The notes beneath the pieces were generated by a model. The model was not told where the DNA came from. It saw only the letters and a program-made list of their open reading frames with translations, and did not search any database. From Octopus vulgaris (lineage: Eukaryota), in NCBI GenBank assembly GCA_951406725.2, contig OX597837.1, positions 33,542,001 to 33,606,000 of the forward strand: DNA of 64,000 bases. The letters run 5' to 3'. A program made the position numbers and the translations under genes. How positions within the stretch are numbered: position 1 is the stretch's first letter; every line of letters begins with the position of its first letter. Positions 53,641-64,000 of this stretch are shown here, in pieces.

Positions 53641-54164
53641 TAAATCAACCTCAACAGAATTTGAACTCAGAATGTAAAGACAGGCGAAATGTCGCTAAGT
53701 GTTTTGCTCAGCATGCCAAAGGTTCTGTCAGTACGCTGCCTTATGCTGCCATATAAATTAACTGAAGGCATTGATAAGTGACTGACACTTTTGGCATCTC
53801 ATGGGGACAGTAATAGGGAACCAAGACATTTGGTGATAGGCTGTGCTTGAGAAGACTCATTGAGCCAAGGGAAATCGTTGTGGCTGATACTGGTGTCATG
53901 TAACTGGTACCCTGCCGGAGGCACATAAAAAATACCCATTACACTCTTGGAGTGGTTGGCATTAGGAAGGGCATCCAGCCATAGAAACCTTGCCAAATCA
54001 GATTGGAACCTAGTGTGGCTCTCCAGCTTACCAGTTTTCAGTCAAACCATATATATATATATATGAATGTTAAAATGATGATGGTATTTGTATATATATT
54101 TACGCACATAGGTACTCACACATAAAGACATGTATCTATACATGTGAAAAAAATCTTCCTGACA

Positions 54165-54350
54165 TGCAAGAGACCTCCATCCTGGAGTGCCAGTCACAAG
54201 CCTCACATCATCTGGCAGACAAATATTTGAAATATTTCAAAGTTAACGAGGCTGTCCTTCTTGAAGCTGTGTCTGCAGAGCAGTCTTCTCCGAGGAGCTG
54301 AAACTTGGACGAGGAAGGAAGAAGAGGAGAAGCTACAAGGCTGCCTTGAT
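54165..54350 (+). mobile_element. RTE LINE fragment
   Basis: Degenerate HIIWQ.K, NEAVL and VFSEELKLG..KRRSYK motifs. Confidence 0.5.
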
Positions 54351-54525
54351 GGCATACACACACACACACATCAGCTTCTCATCAGGATTTATAACATCTA
54401 GAAGCCCATTCAATTACATTGGACAGAGACATACACCATAAATTGGCCTGACCAAAGCTAATAGAGGATGGAAATTCCTAACATGACAGTAAAAAGTGTC
54501 AAGTTGTGGCTGCTGAAACTGTATA

Positions 54526-55703
54526 TCTTTATATATAAAAGTGAAGTTGTGTGAGTGTCTGTCTCCTACGATTTAGATTCCTAACTACTCCCACATTTTG
54601 TGGTGCAGTTTAACAAAAACCGGGTATCTTATAGTCGTGATTCATATCGAGCCCTTCTGGGTATTAGCGCGCGTCTACGATGAGTCTCATCATCATCATC
54701 ATCATTTAACGTCCGCTTTCCATGCTAGCATGGGTTGGACGGTTCAACTGGTGTCTGGGGAGCCTGAAGGCTGCACCAGGCCAGTCAGATCTGGCAGTGT
54801 TTCTACAGCTGGATGCCCTTCCTAACGCCAACCACTCCGAGAGTGTAGTGGGTGATTTTATGTGCCACCGACACAGGTGCCAGACGAGGCTGGCGAACGG
54901 CCACGCTCGGATGGTGTTTTTATGTGCCACCGACACAGGTGCCAGACAAGGCTGGCAGACGACCACGCTCGGATGGTGTTTTTTTTATGTGCCACCGACA
55001 CAGGTGCCAGACGAGGCTGGCGAACGACCACGCTCGGATGGTGTTTTTATGTGCCACCGACACAGGTGCCAGACAAGGCTGGCAGACGACCACGCTCGGA
55101 TGGTGTTTTTATGTGCCACCGACACAGGTGCCAGACGAGGCTGGCGAACGGCCACGCTCGGATGGTGTTTTTATGTGCCACCGACACAGGTGCCAGACAA
55201 GGCTAGCAGACGACCACGCTCGGATGGTGTTTTTTTATGTGCCACCGACACAGGTGCCAGACGAGGCTGGCGAACGGCCACGCTCGGATGGTGTTTTTAT
55301 GTGCCACCGACACAGGTGCCAGACAAGGCTGGCAGACGACCATGCTCGGATGGTGTTTTTATTTTATGTGCCACCGACACAGGTGCCAGACGAGGCTGGC
55401 GAATGACCACGCTCGGATGGTGTTTTTATGTGCCACCGACACAGGTGCCAGACAAGGCTGGCGACGATTTAAAAAAAAATTTACCATCATTTTTTTCTAT
55501 TTTAATGCATTTTTTTGCTATTATATAAGGGAAGTAACTCTCTAAAAATGTCTACGATGAGTCAACGATTAAAAAAAACATTTACCATAATTTTTTTTCC
55601 ATTTTTATTGCATTTTTTTGCTATTTTTTGGCTATAACGCTCTAAAAATGCATATATAGTTATTTCCCTTACAAACCCGAGCAACGCCGGGCGATACTGC
55701 TCG
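54526..55703 (+). mobile_element. Non-autonomous Helitron carrying a nested RTE 3' end
   Basis: A|TC start (TCTTTATATATAAAAG), subterminal hairpin CCCG-AGCAACGC-CGGG, and CTCG|T end (a variant of CTAG). No TSD. Confidence 0.65.
54855..55462. repeat. Tandem array of ten ~62-bp units in a strict A/B alternation
   Basis: TGTGCCACCGACACAGG starts at 54861, 54923, 54988, 55050, 55112, 55174, 55238, 55300, 55367 and 55429. Confidence 0.95.
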
Positions 55704-55929
55704 TTTATATATATATATAGATATCATCATCATCATTGTTTAACATCCATCTTCCATGCATACATGCTTGGGTAGGATGGTTGACAGGAGCTGGTCAGAA
55801 AATCTACCCAAGGCTACTGTGTCTGTTTTGGCAGGGGTTTTACAGCTGGATGCCCTTCCTAACACCAACCACTCCACAATTCTTCCCCCCTACTTTTGTC
55901 ACTTCTGCTTCTCTTCACTTTCAGTCAAG

Positions 55930-56885
55930 CTACCAAAGCTACTCAAGACATTTGTACTGTATAATGGGAAGGTGCTATTACTGAAGTGGTTTTCATGCTT
56001 CTAGGAAAGGACATTTGACCTCATAGGCTCTCCACATTCCAGTCAGCTTGTTCAATTCAGTGCAGATTGATTGCATGAGCTCATCCACAAGAATTTGCAT
56101 CAGTGCAAATCCCACTCGGGAATTGGTCCAGCAGAATCTATTGGCTGTCACCTTCACTTGATGGGTAAAGTCCCAAAACTCTGTGCGTGCGTGCCACATA
56201 CTCTGAACAGAAGAGTCAAACTCCAGCACTCTTCTCTCTACTTGTTTGCTTGCTTGACACCAGGGCTTACTTATGGACACAGTATCACCAATGATAAGAA
56301 AATTGTGTCTTTATGTCAGAATGAAGCAGAGGAAGGAATGGTTAGGTCCTGACAAGCAAGCAACAGCTTGAGCCAAGCCAGAGCTGCAATGATGCAAGAC
56401 AATAATCTGTGTTTGATAGAATTAGGAAGGGCTAATCTACTAGAAAATTCTATAAAACAACCATACAATTAATGCTGAGATTCATGTTCAAAAAATGCAG
56501 AGCTCAACATGGCAATCCAGCTGAAATGACTTGACATGGCAATGCTTGTCCCCATGTTGCTAATTTTACCAAAAAATGCTATTCAAGAGCTTAGATGGGA
56601 AGTTCGACTGCATGCAGTATTCTTTTGATAAAGCTTCTTCAGATTGTTAGTTTTTTTTGGTCACTCTTGAACAGTCTATGAGGCATTTTGTCCAACAATG
56701 ACATGGAGCTAAAAAATGTGGCTTGATGAATTTTTTGAGTCAAGACCCGATGATTTCTATCATCAAAGAATGTGGGCAAAACAGTGAAGGAGAATACATT
56801 ATTGACTGATTTATTAAGATTGTTGATTAAAAATAAGGATTAAAATAAATGGGGAAAAAATGAATAAATTCATCTGACAATCAAA
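55930..56885 (+). mobile_element. Highly decayed mariner (DD34D-type) transposase
   Basis: Collinear remnants of the WVPH (CVPHTL), TGDEK (TNDKK), DNARPH (GNACPHVA) and LGWEVL/YSPDLAPSD motifs. Confidence 0.7.
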
Positions 56886-57029
56886 TATATATATATAGCA
56901 GTTCTTTGCTTAACCCTTTTATTAGTATTACTTAAGTTTACTGTGAAATGGTCCTTTTTTCATACCGAATTCTACTTGGTGAAATTATCGATTACTTCTT
57001 AATTGATTAATTTTACCCTTTGTTATTAT

Positions 57030-57070
<41 letters not shown>

Positions 57071-58176
57071 CTTCTCCTCCTCATTGTTTTACCTTTTACG
57101 TTCCATGCTGGCAAGGATAGGATGGTTCAACTGGATTCAATAAGTCAGGAAACCATGTCTTGCTCCAATGTCTCATTTTGTCATAGTTTCTACAGCTGAC
57201 ACCCATCACTTTACAGAGTGTACTGGGTGTATATTTATCATAGCACCAGCACAATGAAGGTTGCCTTTCCATCAGCAAGATTAAAAAGCTCTCTCAAGCC
57301 TTGCATTGTTACTGAACACTGGGTGTTTTCTGCAACACCAGCACTGATGGGGTCACCTTGTATAGCTTGGAACCTATGATGGAAAGGAACAGATTTACTG
57401 TGAAAGATTGTATCATCATAATCATCATTTTAGCATCTACTTTACCATGATCACATAGGTTAGACAACCTATGTGTATATATATATATATACTTACATGT
57501 CATGTGTGAAGGTGCATGGCTCAGTGGTTAGATGTAGTGAGTTTGATTCCCAGACCAGGCTGTGTGTTGTGTTCTTAAGCAAGACACTTTATTTCACGTT
57601 GCACCAGTTTACTCAGCTGTAGAAATGAGTTGCAATGTCACTGGTGCCAAGCTGTATTGGCCCCTTTGCCTTTCCCTTGGATAACATCAGTTGTGTGGAG
57701 AGGGGACAACCTTACCTGGACTTGTACTTCAGAGGGGAATTTTCTTGGTGCAATCCCAAAGGCATTCATGACAAAAGGGGTCTTTTTTTTTTAAACATGT
57801 CACGTGATTGACCAGACTACCAGATCTTGTGCATCCCTGGTGACAATGTGCTTTGCATTGTTTTAACTTTTGAATGATGCCACACCTTGCTAGCTAGGCA
57901 GGCTTGCTAACATTCTCTCTGATCGGAAGATTAGTCCATTGCAGAGTTATTCATTTACACTAGAGTGAACTGCAGCAAAGTGAAATGAAGTGTTTTGCTC
58001 AAGGACATATGTATGTTTTAGTTTTCTCTTCTTATTTTTTTTCATCTGCTTTTTGATACTGGTGTGGATTGGATTAAGACATTGGGGTAGTATTTTACAG
58101 CTGGATGCCCTTCATGTCACCAACCCTTACCTGTTCTTTGGCAGCACATCTATAGAACCTATTGTATTATTTAGAG

Positions 58177-58941
58177 CAGGGGTTCTCAACTTGGGTCCAT
58201 ATGGCCCCTGGGGGGTCCACATAAGATTTTTGGGTGTCCATGCAACAAAATAGTAAATAGGGGCTCCACAGTAATATTTTAAGGGCCCCTTAAAAAATTG
58301 TCCTTTAGATGTATGTATTAGCATGCATTGCAAGAAACAACTGCGAGGTTTCTCTCTCTAACATATTACATGGTTCAACCTCACACAAGTGAACATCATC
58401 ATCATCATCGTTTAACGTCCGTTTTCCACGCTAGCATGGGTTGGATGGTTCGACCGGGGTCTGGGAAGCCGGGGGCTGCACCAGGCTCCAGTCTGATCTG
58501 GCAGAGTTTCTACAGCTGGATGCCCTTCCTAACACCAACCACTCCGCGAGTGTAGTGAGTGCTTTTTACGTGCCACCTGCACAGGTGCCAGGGGGGTCCG
58601 ACATCGGCCACGATCGGTTGGTGCTTTTAACGTGCCACCGGCACAGAAGCCAGCCAAGGCGGTGCTGGCATCGGCCATGTTCGGATGGTGCTTTTTATGT
58701 GCCACCAGCACGGAAGCCAGCCAAGGCGGCGCTGGCATCGGCCACGTTCGGATGGTGCTTTTTATGTGCCACCGGCACTGGAGCCAGTCGAGGCAGCGCT
58801 GGCTATGGAAAACAAAATAGGAATTTTGAAAGAAGCTTTTATAAAACTAGTTTTTAAACATCAAATTGGTTATGACAGGGTCCACCAGAATCAAATAGTA
58901 ATCGAAGGGGTCCATGGATAAAACATGGCTGATAACCCCTG
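58177..58941. mobile_element. Non-autonomous hAT (Charlie-like) element containing a nested RTE 3' end
   Basis: Termini CAGGGGTTCTCAAC...GATAACCCCTG with perfect 8-bp TSD ATTTAGAG (58169-58176; 58942-58949). Confidence 0.88.
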
Positions 58942-60385
58942 ATTTAGAGGGAATGTAAATGTGGAGCTCATCACATCACTATTTCGCTCAGCCTTCATCT
59001 GAGTGAAACTGTGATGTGATGAGTTTCATATTGTTTCTTTTTCCTGGTTTCACTCACAAGGCATGAGTGAGTCACAGGGTTTAGCTCAAGGTACCATGGG
59101 TGCAGAGCAGAACCTGAAACCATGGGATTAGGGGGCAAGCTTTGTACTCATTAATCTTAAATATTTGCGTGTAGATTCTTTTACGTCTTTCAGTCATTTG
59201 ATTGTGGCCATGCTGGAGCACTGCCTTTAGTCGAATAAATTGACCCCCCCGGACTTATTCTTTGTAAGCCTGGTATTCATTCTGTCGATTCTCTTTTGCT
59301 GAACTGCTAAGTTAAGGGGACGCAAACACACCAACATCGGTTGTCAAGCAATGGTAGGGAGACAAATATAGACGCCAAAACATATACATACATTATATAC
59401 ACACACACACACACACATATATATACATATATATACAATGGGCTTCTTTCAGTTTCCGTCTGAATCCACTCACAAGGCTTTGGTCAGCCCAAGGCTACAC
59501 TAGAAGACGCTTGCCTAGGGTGCCACGCAGTGGGACTGAACTCTGACTCTTGTGGTTGGGAAGCAAGCTTCTTACCACACAGCCACACCTGCACCTATAT
59601 ATGTCTTTTATCTTTTACTTGTTTGTCATTAGACTGTGGCCATGCTGGGGCACTGCTTTGACATTTTAGTTGAATGAATCAACCCAAGGTTCTTTTTTCT
59701 ATTGGTCTCCTTTGCTAAACCACTAAGTTACGGGGATGCAGACACACCAACATCAGTTGTCAACCTCTGGTGGGGGACAAGCACACACACACACATGACA
59801 GGCTTCTTTCAGTTTCCTTCTACCAAATCCACTCACAAAGCTTTGGTCAACCCAAGGCTATAAAATAGGACATTTGCCCAAGGTGCCACGCAGTGGGACT
59901 GAACCCAGAACCAGGTGGTTGGGAAGCAAGCTGCTTACCACACAGCCACGCCTGCAGCTATATATAGATCTACATGTAGATATATTTCTGTTTTTATGTT
60001 CCGTCTTTCCGTGCAGGTGTGAGGTAGGTGAAGACACAATCACATCTCAGTTTTGGAGAACTCTTCTTTCTGGAGATTGTCTCCCCTTCTCATCTGGAGT
60101 TGGTCACAATTGCTACGATGTGATTGTTCTAATGATTGCTCTACCTTCTCTGGAAGTGGAGATAATTTCAAGAAATCAACAATTTATATTTAATGATGGT
60201 AATCACACACACACACACATGTAAATATATATATATAATTAATATAATTTATAAGCATGCTCATATGTACGTACACACATACACACGTACGTATCCCTAT
60301 GTACATAGATGTGTGTCTCATGGCATCATCTTGTGAAGTTGTTACCTTCTTAAACTCCAATTTCTTTCCCTCTCTCTACACATAC

Positions 60386-60450
<65 letters not shown>

Positions 60451-60532
60451 ACAATTATTGAATATGGTTCTTTTTCGTACTGAAACTACTTGGTGAAATT
60501 CATTAATTATAAATTAATAATTTTTACTCTCT

Positions 60533-60572
<40 letters not shown>

Positions 60573-62242
60573 TCACACACATATATATATTTATATATTT
60601 AATGTGATTACACGACTGGTCAGACAATCAGATGTTGCACATCACTGGTCACAATCCACTTTCCATTATTTAATGATACCATTCTACTGGTTAGGCCAAC
60701 AATCCCCGATCTCAGAAGGCTAGTCCGTCGCAGGGTAAACCATTTACAGCTGAGTGGACTGAGTAACATGAAATGAAGTGTTTTGCTCAAGAATACTACA
60801 CACAGCCCAGCTGGGGAATCGAAACCGCGATCTCATGACTGAGAGTGCAACACAACTAACCACTACGCCACATGCACATATATATATTTACACATATTTA
60901 GAGGTGCAAATGAGAGAGCGTTCCATACGTAGGGGTAGGGTGTGTGTGTGTGGGTTATATCAAGCGCTACCATTCTTCTTGTTACTGCTTAAACTCATTG
61001 CACATTGTGAAGGGTGAATCATCGCCTCTAGCCCCCACTCCACCCCATCCCCACCCATTTGCCCAGAACAGTGACAGTCATGAGTCCTAAATAATTGTTC
61101 CTGTTGTTTAGCATCAAGGCCAGCAGGCAATTTTATGCGAGTGTGGGGGTGGTGGTGGTGGTGGGGGGGGGCTAGCATATGTCACTGACCCTTCTCCCCC
61201 TCTCCTCCTTCCTCCCCCACCCCAGTTACTTGACTGATTCTGTATTTTAATAACTCTACCCTCACCCCCCCCCCCACTCCACACGCCTCCAAAAAACGGA
61301 TACAAAAAAAAAAAAAAGAAAAAAAGCGGTGAAGCTGAGTTTGGTGAATTTTGAACTAAGGACCTAAAGATCTGGAACATAAAACCACAAAATGTGTTTA
61401 TTCTGATGCTCGAATGATTTTTGCTGATCCCTTGCCTTTATATAATTAACGAAATTATCTGCTGTATTACGAGTGTGTATGTTTATATATGTGGCTATGT
61501 GGTAAGAAGCTTGCTTCCCAACCACATTTTCGGGTTCAGTCCCACTGTGTGTGGCACCTTGAGCAAGTGTCTTCTACTATTGCCTTTGGGCTGACTTAAA
61601 CCTTGTGAGTGGATTTGGTAGACGGAAACTGAAAGAAGCCCATAGTATATATATATGTGTGTGCGTGTATTTGTGTGTCTTTGTTTGTCCCCCAGCCATC
61701 TTTTGACAGCTGATGTTGGTGTGTTTACGTCCCCATAACTTAGCAGTTCGGCAAAAGAGACCTATAGAATAAGTCCTGGGGTTGATTTGTTCGACTAAAG
61801 GTGGTGCTCCAGCATGGCCGCAGTCACATGACTGAAACAAATAAAAGAATATATATTTGAAAGAATGAATAAAATTGACTTTGCTGATGATTTTTTCTAC
61901 TCTAATTAGGCATAAACATCTAATTAGTAAATTATCAGAAAAGCCATTTCTGTTCAGTTTTTTCAAATATATAATAACGTACATATTTTATTGGTCTTTT
62001 TTGCCAAACTGCTAGGTTATGGAGATGTAAACAAACCAACACCAGTTATCTAGCAGTGGTGGGACACACACACACAACAGGCTTCCACACAGTTTCCATA
62101 TAGCAAATTCTCTCACAAGGCATTGGTTAATCCAGTATTATATATTTGAAAAAAAAAATGAATAGGAATGGCCATGCTGGAGTACTGCCTTGAAGAGTTG
62201 AATCAAACAAAATATATAATGACTTTCTATTTCTTATCCTAC

Positions 62243-62296
<54 letters not shown>

Positions 62297-62412
62297 CCTG
62301 CTCGCTTAGCCAGCGGGGTGGCATCATTTGAAGGCTAAAACAATGCGAACGCATTGTGACCAGCGATATGTAACAACATCTGATGGTCTGGTACCACACA
62401 GCCGGTCACGTG

Positions 62413-62445
<33 letters not shown>

Positions 62446-63164
62446 TACACACATGCACACACAGACACATTTGGCTTTCATTTCTGTCTGTCTTTACTTA
62501 ACTTATGAGTGGTTTCACTCTCTTTTCCGTTTCAAAGGGATTGTATTGCACCTGAGCAATGTATACAATCATCTCATTATTATCTTCATTATACACACAC
62601 ACACACACACACAACAGACATATTCATTCTTTACTGAAGTCGTCTGTGGGTTTCCTCCTCTTCCTCACCTCCTCCTCCTCTTTACCATGCTCTAATAAAT
62701 AGATGACTCTTTCTCTTTGTTCTCTAGGTTCATGTCTGCTGTGATTTCTACACCCTTCTTTCTCTCTTCTCTCTGTCTCTATACTTTCATCTCGCTGCTG
62801 TTGTTTAGCCACAGGTCTGCCTTGGTTGACCAGCCTCTGGTCAAACATGTCCCGATCATGACGGCATAGTATATCTAGGATGACACTAAGCAGATATGTT
62901 TGGCCTGCCTTCTTTAGCACAGTAGGATGTGGTTTTGAAAGATTTTATAAGTATTTCTAGCAATTTGGGTTACGTCTTGAAAGCCTTCTTCCTTATCAGC
63001 CAGGTGTCTTTTTGTTTATATATAAGCATCAATGAACACAATGTAGATGTATGTATGCATGCATGCTTGGTTTTCTTTTTCTCTCGCATCACTATATATG
63101 TGTGTGTGTGTGTGTGTATGTGTATAAATATAGATATGTCTGCATGTACATACGTGTACATGTT

Positions 63165-63204
<40 letters not shown>

Positions 63205-64000
63205 CGCAGGAGTGGCTGTTTGGTAAGTAGCTTGCTTACCAACCACATGGTTCCGGGTTCAGTCCCACTCTGTGGCATCTTGGGCAAGTGTCTTCTGCTA
63301 TAGCCTCGGGCCGACCAATGCCCTGTGAGTGGATTTGGTAGACGGAAACTGAACGAAGTCTGTCGTATATATGTATGTGTGTGTATATAGTTGTGTGTCT
63401 GTGTTTGTCCCCCTAGCATTGCTTGACAACCGATGCTGGGGTGTTTACGTCCCCGTCACTTAGTGGTTCAGCAAAAGAGACCAATAGAATAAGTACTGTG
63501 TGGCACCTTGGGCAAGTGTCTTCTACTATAGCCTCGGGCCAACCAAAGCCTTGTGAGAGGATTTGGTAGACGCAAATTGAAAGAAGCCTATCGTACACAC
63601 ACACACACACACACATACAAATATATGAATGCATGTGTCTGTGTTTGTGCCCCACAACTGATATTAGTGTATTTATGTTTTTGTAACTTAGCGGTTTGGC
63701 AAAAGATACCAATAGAGCAAGTACTGGGCTTACAAAGAATTAGTCCTGGGGTTCAGCATGGCCACGGTCAAATGACTGACAGAAATAAAAGAAAAAAGGA
63801 TACATGATGTCTATGTATTGGTTTCCGTCGCTGGATTGTGGCCATGCTGGAGTACTGCCTTGAAGAGTTCCAACAAACAAAAATCAACCTCAGTACTTAT
63901 TTCTAAGTTTGATACTTATTGGTCTTTTTTCACCAAACTACTAAGTTATGGGGATGTAAACAAACCAACACCAGTTATCTGGGTATGGTGGGGCACATAT

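Noticed and set aside
54855-55462. CRISPR-like regular array; 268-aa repeat ORF
   Set aside because: There are no unique spacers and the context is eukaryotic. The units are LINE 3'-UTR repeats.
54855-55462. HDV-like ribozyme in the 62-bp unit (CAG-CCTCGT-CTG on the minus strand)
   Set aside because: It resembles P3/L3, but I could not find P1, P1.1 or P2 partners.
60017-60198. Exon-like segment on + (gtgcag|...ATG|gtaatc)
   Set aside because: No recognisable homology and not UBE2H; the minus strand gives an equally weak alternative.

Overview
Animal genomic DNA, very rich in microsatellites and retrotransposons. The repeat families suggest a coleoid cephalopod, most likely Octopus; this is an inference from recognition, not a database result. 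The only host gene I can identify is the first coding exon of the ubiquitin-conjugating enzyme UBE2H (30931-30983, +). It is followed by a textbook U12 (minor-spliceosome) donor, and I could not find exon 2 in the remaining 33 kb. The rest is simple repeats, tRNA-derived SINEs, RTE LINE fragments, a decayed Penelope-like element, Tc1/mariner, hAT and Merlin-like MITEs, and a non-autonomous Helitron. Almost all listed ORFs are microsatellite or TE artefacts. The most interesting signals are: (i) type-I hammerhead ribozyme motifs in (TA)n-embedded fragments, including a perfect 132-bp palindrome that carries a hammerhead on both strands; (ii) a Tc1 element with a 360-bp internal inverted duplication; (iii) exon-like, phase-1 segments antisense within the putative UBE2H minor intron; (iv) a higher-order 62-bp tandem array in an RTE 3' end nested in a Helitron.
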